Shown: positions 1 through 11,564, counted from the whole stretch's first letter. The stretch: 58,218 bases of DNA, filler included, from Sphacelaria rigidula (GCA_964200075.2; 10 parts of 10 records of this genome joined end to end with filler, not necessarily neighbours in it), one strand, 5' to 3'. Made by a program: numbers and translations. The notes: generated by a model not told the origin, from the letters alone.

Positions 1-265
1 ACAAACGATTAAAAGCCCATAACGGACTTTACTTATGGGACAGAGGAAGTAGTAGATCAAGACGTGAGAAAGAGAAAGAAGAAAACGCAACAAAAGCAAA
101 GTACAGAAAGAGATGGCCGACCTAAAACAACAAAAAAAAAAATCAGAACAAGAAAAAAGAGGGAGTGAAATAGTAAAAAAAGAAAAAGCGCAAGGAATTC
201 AGGGCAGCAGAGTATATACAGACACACACCAGTGGGGACCGCAGAGCCACCGACTGCGGCCGTCG
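1..265 (-). mobile_element. 3' UTR fragment of an RTE-like LINE
   Basis: Aligns by eye with the 3' UTR of the LINE at about 26340-26540 (shared GGC.GACCTAAAACAA and CAGCAGAGTA.ATACAGA.ACACA.CAGTGGG.ACCGCAGAG.CA.CGACTG). Confidence 0.7.
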
Positions 266-269
266 AAAA

Positions 270-930
270 AATGGAGTGGCTTAATCCACCTATACTCAAT
301 TTATGTACCTTACCTCCCCTACTCTTAGATCAAGTGAATTTTGTCGTACATTAACTAGTGTAGAATAAGCTAATATAGGATTTAGTATACCCCGGGAGGG
401 CCCAAAATGAACAAGGGGGTGTGGGTCCAAGGCTATGCAAAAATAATCGCCCTGGACCCTCACCTCAATTTTCTTCATTATCGGGCTCCAGGAAGGAGCA
501 GGTGGTGGGGGCAGAATAAATCCTATATGAATATAGTTTCACACTAATTCCTACACGAAATTTCACTACTGACTTGGACACAAAGTCAGGGAGGAAAGTT
601 ACTTGACCTGAGTATGGGTGAAACAAGTCACTCGGTATTAGACTAGCCGTTGATGGTGAGGTAAGTTACTTGAACCTAAAGTGGGGAGGCAAATTGCTTG
701 AACTGACTTAGGTGAACCAAGTCACCTTACATCAGAATAGCTGAGGCAGATCACATGATCTTACGGTTGATGTTTGGCTGGTGAGGCAAGTTAGTTGAAC
801 TGAGGGTGCGTAAATTACGTCACTTGATAAATATAATAGCTGGGGCAAGTTCCTTGAACTAAGCATTAGGTGAACCAAGTCACTCGACGCTAGAGTTGAT
901 ACTCGGTTGATGAGGCAAGTCACTCAAACT
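270..930. mobile_element. Foldback-like element: diverged palindrome (about 270-640, centre about 440) whose right arm continues as about 11 subrepeats
   Basis: Blocks pair across the centre (GTGAA/TTCAC, ATATAGGATTTA/TAAATCCTATAT, GGGTCCA/TGGACCC, CCTCCC/GGGAGG). Motifs GAGGCAAGTTACTTGAAC and GGTGAACCAAGTCACTC recur at about 591, 617, 655, 684, 711, 740, 780, 808, 839, 869 and 909. Confidence 0.6.
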
Positions 931-939
931 TGAAGGGAA

Positions 940-3140
940 TAGAAGGTATGACTCAACCTACATCAGGAGCGCGGCTGGCCAGCTGCTGCAGGACGAGCAA
1001 GATGTCCAGCAGCGGTGATATGAGCGTTTCACGACGCTTCCTAACACTAGCACGCCTACGCTCGACCCCTCTGCCATCGATCTCATCGAACAGATGCTGG
1101 ACCACGCACCGCTCGCGGCCGAGCCTTCAATCGATGAGGTAAACGAAGCAATGGGATAACTGCCGAACAAGGCCGTTGGGATAGACAACCTTTGTGGCGA
1201 ACTATTGAAGCTCGGCCTCACCAAGGACTCCATCATCCCAAAGTGCCTCCACAACATCGTGCTCACAATGTGGCGTCAGGAAGTAGTACCCCAGGAATGG
1301 AAAGGCACTGTCATCAAGGTGTTATTCAAGAAACAGGACCCGCACGAGTACGGCAACTATCAGTCTCTCACTAGGGTCGCACGCGGGCAAGGCAGTTCTC
1401 AAGATAATCGCGACTCGCCTCAGCGCCTACCGCGAGTGGAAGGGAACCCTACCAGAAGCTCAATGCAGCTTCTGACCCGGCTTTTCGATAATCCACATGA
1501 TGTGCATTGTGTGCAAACTCCAAGAAATTGCCGGAGAGAGAGTAGTCTTCATCTGTACATGTGCTTCATCGACCTTCACAAGGCGTACGACTCAGTCGAC
1601 CACTATTTTCTCTGGAAGGTGCTCGCACGATACGGCGTCCCGGCCAAAATGATATCCATCGTCCGCGGGTTCCACGACAGCATGCGTGCGTGCGTACGCC
1701 TTGACAGCAGCGGTGCTGACGGTAACGTTCGATCGCGTCTCGATCAATCAACCGGTGGCGAAGGACTTCATTCGGATCGCTCAAAGGGGCGGGAGGACCA
1801 GGGACGAGCTTATCAAAGTGCTTCGGCCCATGATATATGTCGTCGACGCTGGCATCGTCCCGCGATCCCAACTAAACTTGGCAGTGATAGTGACGGCCAT
1901 TGTCGAAGTCGGTGCGACGTTCGGCCTTGTCGTGGCGGAAGATAAACTGTAGTAATGCACAAGCGCCCTCCAAGTTGAACGCGGATGTGGTCGACGTGGA
2001 AGCGGCAGGCCAAAAGGTAAGAACAATTTGAGTTTTTCATGTATCTAGGCGGCAAAATCAGCAGCATCGGCGATGTCATGCCTGAAGTCCACAGTCGCAT
2101 TGGCCAGGCCTGGAGGTGCTTCTATAAGTACAGCAGAGCAATATATGACATCCTGTGCATCGCCCCGGTCGCCAAGCTTCGTCTCCTGAAGGCGGACTGT
2201 GATTGAGGTCAAGCTATACGGCTGCGTGACCTGGACGATCGCGCTCAACAAGCGCGGCACGTTGCGGAAAAGCGACCGGGGGTTCTTGCTGAGGTGCCTC
2301 AACATCCGTACCTCAAATCGCAGTGCCCCCGACTATCACATGCTGCCATACCGCGCGGTCCTCGAAAGAATTGGCTGCGAGTGCACCGAGGCTACCATGA
2401 TGAGGCGAGTTCTCCTACACACCGGCCACGTCGTGCGGATGCGCGACGAAGGCCTCCCCAACATCGTCATGCGCGAAGTAATGACCGGAGTGAAGACGAT
2501 GGCAGGACGACCAGCGAGATGCCTACAGCACAGGGTCACGAAATACTGCTCCGACTTCGGAATAAGCGCGACATCGTGGACGCAGGTTGCACAAGATGTT
2601 TCTAAATGGTACCGGATCGTAGAATAAGTAGATATACATGACAACCTGGACCACGGCACACCAGGCTGAACCATTGTTTCGTGTGTTACTGCTAGCATTC
2701 CCTCAGTGCCTATCGAGGACCACCGAAACTTCAACGAGTAGACCGTCGCGTAGTGTGCTCGCTAGTACGTCTGCTGCCTTCCTACGATCTTCACAAGAAC
2801 TATGATAGTTTTGTATGAGGGTACCGGGGGCTGTTGTTGACTCTCGAGTGGTATCTGTCCACTGTCAGTCTTTCGTTGTTGTTGTTGTTGTTGTCAGCCT
2901 TGTTTTCACCTGTGTTTTCTTCATTGGCAGGTCTGGTGTATTTTTTTCACAACACCTCGACCACCTCGAGGGAAAGATTTTTCTCGTCTGTCTTCTTGAC
3001 GTTTCTCGCTCATTGTTATATTCAATGTTATTTTACCATGTTTTCGGAGTCTCAGAAAAAACAATGAGCGCTCCAGCTCACGTAAGAAAATAGCAGCGAC
3101 GGTACGGGAACGGGGAGCTTACGTCTGTGACCACAGGGTC
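940..3140 (+). mobile_element. Decayed RTE-clade non-LTR retrotransposon (RT pseudogene plus 3' UTR)
   Basis: Frameshifted RT peptides NKAVGIDNLCGELLK, VPQEWK..IKVLFKK..YGNY, LYMCFIDLHKAYDSVD, FHDSMRACV, YLGG and LYGCVTW. The YADD position reads YVVD and the QG motif region is missing. Confidence 0.9.
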
Positions 3141-3714
3141 GAGAGATCGGGCTACTGTGCGGGAATAATAAAAATAACGAGGAGGATAAAAAGAGAGTGG
3201 GGAGGCCAGTGTGTATTGCTATCGTTTCGTACTCCTGGAGCTGACTTGACGGACCGATTCCATCGATCTGAGCAGAAATCCTGCCTTCTAGGTCTCACGC
3301 ATACTTGCTTGTTCTGCTCAACAACAGCAACTATTTGCAGTGCATTCAATAAAATACGAAAGCCACCATTTTCCGGCCTGGTTCCCCCCGCGTCCAATGC
3401 GTGCAAGCAGTTTTACTGTTAGGGATACGAATCGCTCACAAAACATTTAGGATATTTTCCCCAACAGGTGTCCTGGTTCTTCCTGATAGACAAATCAAGC
3501 GAGCCAGTCACAGACAGGGGATCCGTCCGGTTGGTTCCAAGAGAAAGCCAGAAAGCCTTTTTGCACAAATCACACACTGCCCGCAAAAGTGCAATGTTCA
3601 CGGCCGTATCGTTTATACGTCATGATCCATTCTTGAAGTCAAATTTATGCCGATGCGGATGACCCACCCTGGGGGTGACTATAGACAAAGCCGGACTAAA
3701 ACATACAGTATGAT

Positions 3715-4195
3715 AGGAGTACAGTGTTGTCTTATCTCTCCCCCGTTGCGTTCCTTCCCTTTGTCCATGGGTATCACCAACGATCAGATTACACCAAACC
3801 TTCGGAGAGCGTCACCTGTCCTGTCGCCAGCTCCAAATTGAACGCTTGAACCTCCGCTGGGGTCATCTGGGTCTTGCATTCATCTTCCAATTCAAAACTA
3901 TGCCCATGCATAACAGGTGGCTCACCATGAAGATGGTTGTATATAGACAGACACAGCCGAATAACGAAGCACAGTACAGGACAATGCAGGACAGTACAGT
4001 ACAGCTTCTCTCTCTCCCTCGCCGCGTTCCTTCCCATTTTTCCCACTGTCTATGGCTATCATTTTGGACCGGATTACAATAAACCCTTGGAGAGCGTGAC
4101 TTCGTCATGCCCCCAGCTCTAAAAGTGAACCCTTGGGCCTCCACGGTGGGTCATCTGCGTCTGCATTCGTATTATTTCAAGTCAAATCATGCCAA
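3715..4195. repeat. Diverged direct duplication, period about 285 bp
   Basis: GCGTTCCTTCCC...GATTACA..AAACC...GGAGAGCGT...CCAGCTC...GGGTCATCTG.GTC..GCATTC occurs at about 3715-3905 and 3995-4195. Confidence 0.7.
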
Positions 4196-5643
4196 TTCAA
4201 TGGATAAAAGACAACACTGAAGCTTTGTCGCAGCGCAGGGATGATGTACAGACTGCAGGCCGGATGTGGCAGTAAAGATAGACTCTGCATAACTTGAGAA
4301 ACAGAAGAGCACGAAACAGTCATCGTGATGTTGTCTATTCCAGTACACGCCACGCTCTCTAACGTGGGTCCCCAGAGCGGCTGGGTATACAAGCAGCAAC
4401 GCTTCTCTGTTCATCATTTTTCGGAGTGCATTATACCTTGGTACACTGTTAGTCACAGGAACAAAGATACTCCGATCCAGACCTTTCCTCCCATTTGCCC
4501 CGTCCCCGTCCCGTCTACGTGCTTTCATTTCATTTGCTTTTGTTGAGGACGGTGGCCTGTTCAGGAGAGTACATCGATAGGCCAGCTAAGGCACACATGT
4601 TCACGTGGGCCATGAGTACGATTCGAGTGCAGTTTCCGCGTTGTGTGCTTCACATCACAGTGCATGTCTCGACAAACTCGCTGTCCGGGAACGTCCCGCG
4701 CTCGACATACCAGACGACAAAAAATGATTTTTTCGTAGAGTTTCAGAGGACGCTTCAAGAGAACTGAAAAAAAGGAGTTTGTCCAGATATGCGCGTCAGG
4801 GATGCGGAGGTACTCGTGTCGTCTGAACAGGGAGGACGGCCCGTGAACGCACGGTTTGTTTATGCTAAGACCGTAGCTTTAAATCAAGTGTATCCACATG
4901 GAAAAAAGGAAACGACGATAAGTTGTTTATGGTCGACAAAATGTCGTCGAATAGCCCCGACACCCTTCGGAGGTTAACACCCCCCCATTCACATTCCTAA
5001 CTGTGCGACGCGATTGTAGATGCCGTAATGTATAATTGCAACTTATCATAACTAGACCTTTACTCAGTAGCCTCCTTTTGTTGTGTTTGGGCCTCTACAA
5101 ACATACTTTAGTGTGATTCTTATTCTTCGGCGCCCTTATTTTTCGTTTTCAGCCTCTATTATATTTTCTTGACTCCTTACTATTTTCGGCCTCTGAAAGT
5201 TTTTTTCGGTCTCAGTTCTCGCATCCACCCGCCAACCGGCAGCCGGCCTTCTGCTTCTGAATATTGGTTGGTAGAATGGTGTATGGTGCATTGTCGTCTG
5301 CCAGGCAGGTAGAAGGTACGCAGCCCGGGGCCCCGCCTTCAGCTGGCCCCGCGAAAATGAGCAAAACAAAAAAATCTCCCCAGAAAAAAATATTGCCCGG
5401 GGAAGGAAATGGGCAATTAAAAAAATGCTGAGCGAAAAAAGTCCTTCTTGGCCTTGAAAAAATAAGCAGATGCCCCCTTGTCTGAAGCCCAAAGAGCAAA
5501 GGCCCAGTCACAATCGAGCGACCAGAGTGCCTTGCATCTTGCAACGATAGATAGAGCCACCGAAACAAGCTCTCTAGTGGCCAAATTGTGCAGGAAATTT
5601 CGAGAGAAAAACGCGACGCGAAAATATTTCCCTCGACCTGTCA

Positions 5644-5680
<37 letters not shown>

Positions 5681-5732
5681 CCCGGGGGTTTTTTAAAAAA
5701 ACCAGGAGATTTTTGTTTAGGGCCACGTGGCA

Positions 5733-5832
5733 NNNNNNNNNNNNNNNNNNNNNNNNNNNNNNNNNNNNNNNNNNNNTTAATTAATTAANNNNNNNNNNNN
5801 NNNNNNNNNNNNNNNNNNNNNNNNNNNNNNNN
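5733..5832. other. Artificial contig-joining spacer, first of nine (others: 11565-11664, 17397-17496, 23229-23328, 29061-29160, 34893-34992, 40725-40824, 46557-46656, 52388-52487)
   Basis: Identical 44N-TTAATTAATTAA-44N blocks, which give stops in all six frames. 8x5732 + 2x5731 + 9x100 = 58218. Confidence 0.98.
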
Positions 5833-8690
5833 GTGAGCGTGATCGGCTCCGACCACTCGCCAAGGACCTGTCCACGTGGACATCAACTTTGGCATCACGC
5901 CTTGCCTCCGAACACGGGCATACAATACGAAACCTCCAACTGCAAACTTGGGCAACACAGCCTGGCCCTGAGCAAGCTTGCGTTTGGTTTGGCGAGACAC
6001 CACGACAGCAGCTTGCACTTCGTTACAAAACCGCACTTGCTCGTCAACCATGCCTCGAACCTTGTCACGCAACGAACCAGCATGCATGGCATCGACATTC
6101 CACTCGCCGCCAGTGACAGAAGCCAGCGCGGAAAACGCTGTACGCGGCGTACGCCCAAACATCACACAATACGGAGTGTTACGGTAGCGTTCCCGAAAAG
6201 AAGTATTCAACACCCACTGAGCGGCTGGCACAACATCAACCCATAGAGACACCGACCGTCTTTGTTCCGACAAAATAGACCGCAACGCACGTGTTTTGCG
6301 CTGCGCGGTACGAGTAACATCTAGCGAGGGCAGCGAATCATCGGCATTGCACGGGCTGTACACGGCAAGAAAACGAACAGGCACGGTAGGAACCTTCACC
6401 AAGCGAGAAAACAAATCTCTCGAAACAATGCGCTCTCCAGGAATGTGTTCACTGACATACCGATATTGTTGTTGGGCTCCCAGCAACTCCCGCATGTCTT
6501 CTTGGCTTGGCATCACCCTCGGAGACTGTTCCACTTACGCGTTCACCGCCTGATAGTCGCTGTCCAAACGGACTGTGTCCCGCTTCGGCACCGTCATCGC
6601 CGGACTCGCCCACACAGCCTGAATATTCCTAACCAACAAACCAAATTCCACCAAAACTTCGATGCATGAAGCAAGCCACACGGTCTTCACCGAATCGCAG
6701 CGGCGAGGCTTGGTCTTCACAGCCTCCTTTATTGGCTCCTCGCGTGCAGGCGGATCACCACGCAGCGCACAACGAAATATATCTACGCGACGAGCCAAAA
6801 TATCGCGCAGACAATGTGCGCCATCGGCGCTCACGCCCTTCTGCTCGGCCTGCCACACACTATCCTCAAGCGCACGTTCCCGTGCATCTCTCTCCTCTGC
6901 TGGGTCCATGAACATATCAGGCTCCCGATCAACCAAGCGCTCTACCACTCCATCAGCAGGAGTCTCCTCCTCATTGGCGCTCTGGAATGACCGTATGGAT
7001 ACAATCACACGCCTTGTAGCAAGGTAACTGGGGTTTTCAACGCCAGCTCGCACCGGCCCAGCACGCGGGGGTAACGTTTCCAACGCCAGCGGATGTAAAT
7101 CAATTCCAAGCTCCTTCATTGTCGCCACCCCAAATATAACCACATTGCCCTTATCGGGTATGACAGTGAAAGTAATGGGCTGCAACTGCACAGCCCCCCA
7201 CGGCGTACGCACGCTAACCGTAATTGGCACCGTTTTGTGTGTGACCTTCACGGGAGCACCCGTGGCGATCTGCGCCGTTTGCGGTCCGTTTTTAAACGGA
7301 ATTTGAAGCTGAGCGCCCACAAACTGCGAAGACATCTGCTCTAACAGCCCCACACCGATCGACGTGCGCGCGGACCCAGAATCCAGAATAACGCGGGCCA
7401 TGAACAAACCTACAGAACCAGGCAAGGCTAAATCTGCGCGTAAGCATTCAGCCTTGCGATCGACAGGTACCACGCCTGCCGAAGAACCCTGCTCTGTCAC
7501 AAGAGTCACCTGACGCCAGGGCTGCCCTCCAGCACTTGGCATCGATAGCTGCGAATCGCCGGTCCAACCAGACCAAGTCGCCGAATATGCAGACGGCGCT
7601 GTTACAGCCGTCGCATCAGTAGAGAATGCACCAGACACGGGTCCTGCCTGGTCGATGGGTTGAGAGCTATTCGCTCCAGCACTCCCCACCGGAGTATTTG
7701 CAGTTTCCACGTACACTGTCCGCCCCGCTACGGACGGACCATAAGATCCAGAGTCACCACCTGATGACGTATTGGAAGAAACAGCAGCGGAGGAACCATG
7801 ATCCGCCGCCGATTGCTTGCTACCTTGGCCGCCTCGCCCGCGTCCCTGATTGGCACGGCCCCGTTCACCGTGACGACCGCCCCAAGACCCTGATGAATTC
7901 AGTGTGCATTGCCCTCTGCCGCGCCTCGAGCGCGAGGCTTGGGGCAGTCCTTGATCATATGTCCCGTATCGCTGCAGTTGTAACACACGCGAGCGGACGA
8001 CTCTCGCAAAGACGGCTGCTGTTTCTGTTGATGTTGGTGTTTGCGGCGCATACCACCTGCACTTGTTGCAGAGTCGCGCCGACCATGTGCTTCAATGAAC
8101 TTCCGCTGGTCGTCCGCCTCAAATATGTTTTTGAACACCACCGTCGGGTTCTTTTTCCAGCCGTCAACATACGTTAGTACACTTCTAACATATGTCTTGA
8201 ATTCCGGGGGCGAAATCCCGTCCACCAAAGCTATGGAAACCGACTCGGCCGGGCCAGGCAACCAACTCCTGTCCTCCGCCCGGTACATGGCTTGCACCAT
8301 CAGGTTCTCTGCAAAAAACGTTCCATATTTGAACTGACCATCATAGCACGATCCTTCACGGACTTTCCATCGCTTTGCTTCATTGTAAGTACCCTACGCA
8401 GGTCTACTGCAGCCCGCGTAGCGTCATGCTTTCCACCGGTTGTAGCATACCCGGCATGCTGCTTCACAGTATCAAGCAATTCATCGGGGGTCATAGCCCG
8501 ACCGTCCTTGTACATATCTTCGAAGCAGCGGTAAATGTAGACAGGAACGAGTTACCTTATGCTTACTCTTTCATGCCGTAAAATTCTCTTGTGAATTCGC
8601 GAGACTTCATCGCTGTATGTATTGAAGGTATCTTGCGAAAAAAACGCGCGATGCCTCTTCTGTCCATACTTCTCCATACTTCGGCGGCTG
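5833..8690 (-). mobile_element. Internally deleted Ty3/Gypsy LTR retrotransposon (gag, protease, partial RT, partial integrase)
   Basis: Gag zinc knuckle CYNCSDTGHMIKDCP, protease VILDSGS, RT start WASPAMTVPK...DYQAVN, RNase H tail YRYVSEHIPGE, integrase tail LNTS..TPY..MFGR and KL...WTGPWRV. RT core, RNase H core and integrase core are absent. Stops and frameshifts are present. Confidence 0.92.
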
Positions 8691-8776
8691 TAGTGGCTCA
8701 CCTGACACCAGCGGCGCTGTTGTCGCTTGAGCCATGTCGTCTATGCTTCAAATATTTCACGGATTTTCCATCGCTT

Positions 8777-9940
8777 CGTGGACGGGATTTCGCCTCCGGA
8801 ATTCAAGGCGTATGTCAGAAGTGTACTAACGCATGTTGACGGCTGGAAAAAGAACCCGACGGTGGTGTTCGAAAAATTTTTTTTTGCCCAATTTTGCAGT
8901 TTGAGGTTTCGTATTGTATGCCCGTGTTCGGAGGCAAGGTGTGATGCCAAAGTTGATGTCCACGTGGACAGGTCCGTGGCGAGTGGTCGGAGCCGATCAT
9001 GCTCACGTGTATTCGGTGCAGAGCATTGTTTCTGGCGCCGTGCACTCGGCCCATGTCGCTCATTTACGTTTCTACGCTGACTCGCAGTTGCACATCACTG
9101 CGGAACTAAAAGATGCAAGGGTAGGTCGAGTAGAGTATACTCATTTGCGGGGTATTTTGAAAGTTGTGCTTCAAGCACATAAATTGGGGGTAGGGTTTCA
9201 GGAATTGCTCTCCAATTATTTCTGGGGTACGACTCCCACCACTCTACCCTAATTTGAGTACCCCAAGTACCTCTTTCAAAATAGCCCCCATTTGAGTATA
9301 CTCTACTCGACCTGTCCTTGAAAAGATGTGTTTCAGCATTCGTATGCTCAAGGTGAATGTCGGATGAATGCTTTGGTGCACGTCGCTGAGGATGACAATG
9401 GTGATGCCATTGTTTTGGTCGATTGGGAAGGGTTCGGTGCCGAAGAACGTACGCACGTGGGAGTCTCTTCGCAAGATTCATTCTTCTGCGCCTGGATTTG
9501 TTTTGAAGGAACTGCGTAAATGCGGTTGACTCGGGCGCTGACCAGTAAATTAGCGTCGGAGTATGGTATTTCTTTGTGATCTGGCGCATGCGATTTCGCT
9601 TTGGTTTTTGTTGGTTGTCAAGCTCGTTCGTTTGTCTTGAACTCGCTTTGGGGGTGCTGTAGCTAAATGATACCAAGCCGTAGGTTTCAGTATAATTGCA
9701 TGCATGATTGGAGCAGTCGCAGGGAACAGGGGACCATGGATTGATGACCCTCATCTGTGTGGCCCCTTGCTGTCTGGCTTGTGATGTGGTCTGTTGAGGA
9801 TCACTCCGTGATAATAACGAGTGAGAAGGAAGGACTTGTTGAGCACGAGGCCAGTGCTACTGGAGGAGTCCCTCGTGAATAGTCCTCTTGTCCAGATCGT
9901 CTGGCAGAGGCAATAGATCCCGTGTTGAAGGGAGATCAAT
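8777..9940 (+). mobile_element. Second, inverted Gypsy fragment: gag piece fused to integrase C-terminus, chromodomain, PPT and start of 3' LTR
   Basis: GISPPEFKAYVRSVL...WKKNP gag piece, then WTGPWRVV...HVAHLRFYAD, then chromodomain-like LVDWEGFGAEERT/WESL..IH..AP. A GGGGG tract at about 9650 is followed by TGTAG at 9658. Confidence 0.8.
9116..9320. mobile_element. 205-bp MITE with long TIRs and an 8-bp TSD (hAT- or P-like)
   Basis: Left end CAAGGGTAGGTCGAGTAGAGTATACTCA, right end TGAGTATACTCTACTCGACCTGTCCTTG. AAAAGATG is duplicated at 9108-9115 and 9321-9328. Confidence 0.92.
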
Positions 9941-9970
9941 TAATAAATATACATTCAATAGTAGCAATTA

Positions 9971-10169
9971 GAGAGTTTCGGAAAAATCGTTTTCGTCATT
10001 TCAAAGTACAAATATCTCAGGATCAGAGTGTAACGAAAAAATATTTCGCCCTTCGTCAAATGTGGCACCCCCTTGACTTTTTCTCCGATAAGGTGTTTTT
10101 TTCATTCCGCACTCTAATCCTGGGATATTTACGCTCTGAAATGGCAAAAAAGCGTGTTCCGAAACTCTC
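9971..10169. mobile_element. MITE of about 200 bp with imperfect TIRs of about 70 bp
   Basis: GAGAGTTTCGGAA...CATTTCA...AAATATC.CAGGAT.AGAGTG pairs with CACTCT.ATCCTG.GATATTT...TGAAATG...TTCCGAAACTCTC. Confidence 0.75.
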
Positions 10170-11404
10170 CATAGTAGCTGCCTGAAGAGTGTAGCATGCT
10201 GCAGCCCTCATCATCATCGAGGAACAATGAGTCGTGATATTTCACTTCTCATGGGACCAAGATGAGATCTACAACGAGCCGATGAAAAGCGCATATCTTG
10301 ACCTTTCGACAGCCTCTTTCGTGTGCAAGAGACGGCGACGCGGGTGATGTGGCCATCGCCTTGGAACAACTTGCTCTACGAAAAGTTGAAGAGGGTGAAT
10401 ATCCCACCACAGTATAGGGAATTTTGGTGGGCGCAGCTTGACTCCGAGTCGGAAAAAGAGGCGGCGCCCGGGCAAAATCGTACAAACGTCCCCGTCCCCG
10501 TTTCGGAGAGGACTTGTTACTATTATCTCAACCCCGTGGCTGCATCTGGACGTGGCGGCACAAGAAAATGAAGCAACTAACTGGAGGCTGTCATCCAAAT
10601 GCAACATAATAATTACTCTTCGGGCCGAACAATCGTAGCAGGATGAAGCTCACCCGTCATGCGACTCGCCGAGCACATCACGGCGCTTCACGCTTGGTGA
10701 TTGATCGCAAGCCTTATCCGACGAAAACCCGGCGTGCTCCGTCCCGGCTTTGTAGGGATGCGAGGTCAATAGCCATACGGCTATGGCATGCAAGTTCTTG
10801 AGATCACCCCCCTGTTTTGCAAGTTTTGCGGTTTTTTAGGCTGTGGCTCCTCAAGCAACCTGCTGCGACACGCTGCTGCGACTCGCCTACTTGCCAATTC
10901 ACAAAATTGCGTGAGTGAGCGTGGTCGACTTTTCGTGCGCAAAAAGCCACCGAAGGAACGTACGCGCTTTTGATCGGTTTGTATTTTGGCCTCATGCGAA
11001 TGGTCTGAAATCCCCAAGAAAATGCAGAGTCCACATCGCCGATACTTTTGCCGCCGAGGAAAATTCTTGTGGAGATGCACCCATACGTGCGCTCTCGGCA
11101 GGGGAGGTACGTGGAATCCCCTGAACAAGGGGTGCGTGGGCGCCTATTTGAGCAAAAACGCATCCTACGCGCACTGGTGAGCATCTGGGATTTACAGCCC
11201 CCAAACGATTCGACTCTGGTCGTTCGGATTCAAGCCAAGTATTCATCAAGATATGGAACTTGACCACCAACTTTGCAGAAGACTTTGTTTACACTGCGCT
11301 GTCGAGCGAACAGCAACGATGCCACCTCCGCCCCGTAGCTCACGAATTGAATCCGGACTTTCCAACTCCAGAGATCCGCTCCGTGCCCTTCTCGGAAGTC
11401 GCCG

Positions 11405-11564
11405 GTTTCTTTTTTTTCCTCACACTTTCAACCCCTCCCCTTCCTCGGGATGAGTCCACGGTCTCAAGGGATCAACCCATCTCTCCCCCGGTACGTGCCT
11501 TTCATTTTGATCTCGCGGATTGGATCAGCACTCCCGCACCGCGTCAACTCACGTCACACAAATG
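11405..11564 (-). mobile_element. SINE family B body fragment
   Basis: CCTCGGGA.GA....GTCTC.AGGGATC...TCTCCCCCGGTA...GGATTGGATCA is shared with 20300-20450 (opposite strand) and 43780-43900. Confidence 0.75.

Noticed and set aside
591..930. Repeat array next to a reverse transcriptase, suggesting a CRISPR-, retron- or DGR-like system
   Set aside because: Repeats are degenerate with short irregular spacers, no cas or accessory genes are present, and the RT is a decayed eukaryotic RTE LINE that simply abuts the array.
5645..5678. Long poly-G/C runs (also about 11700, 41130-41200) giving poly-Gly ORFs
   Set aside because: Homopolymers near contig ends or gaps. Their lengths are unreliable and they show no coding evidence.
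5777..5788. Recurrent TTAATTAATTAA palindrome at regular spacing
   Set aside because: Synthetic linker inside N padding.
10323..10571. WW-domain-like peptide (FWWAQLD...RTCYYYLN)
   Set aside because: Spacing does not fit a WW domain and I found no supporting exon structure.
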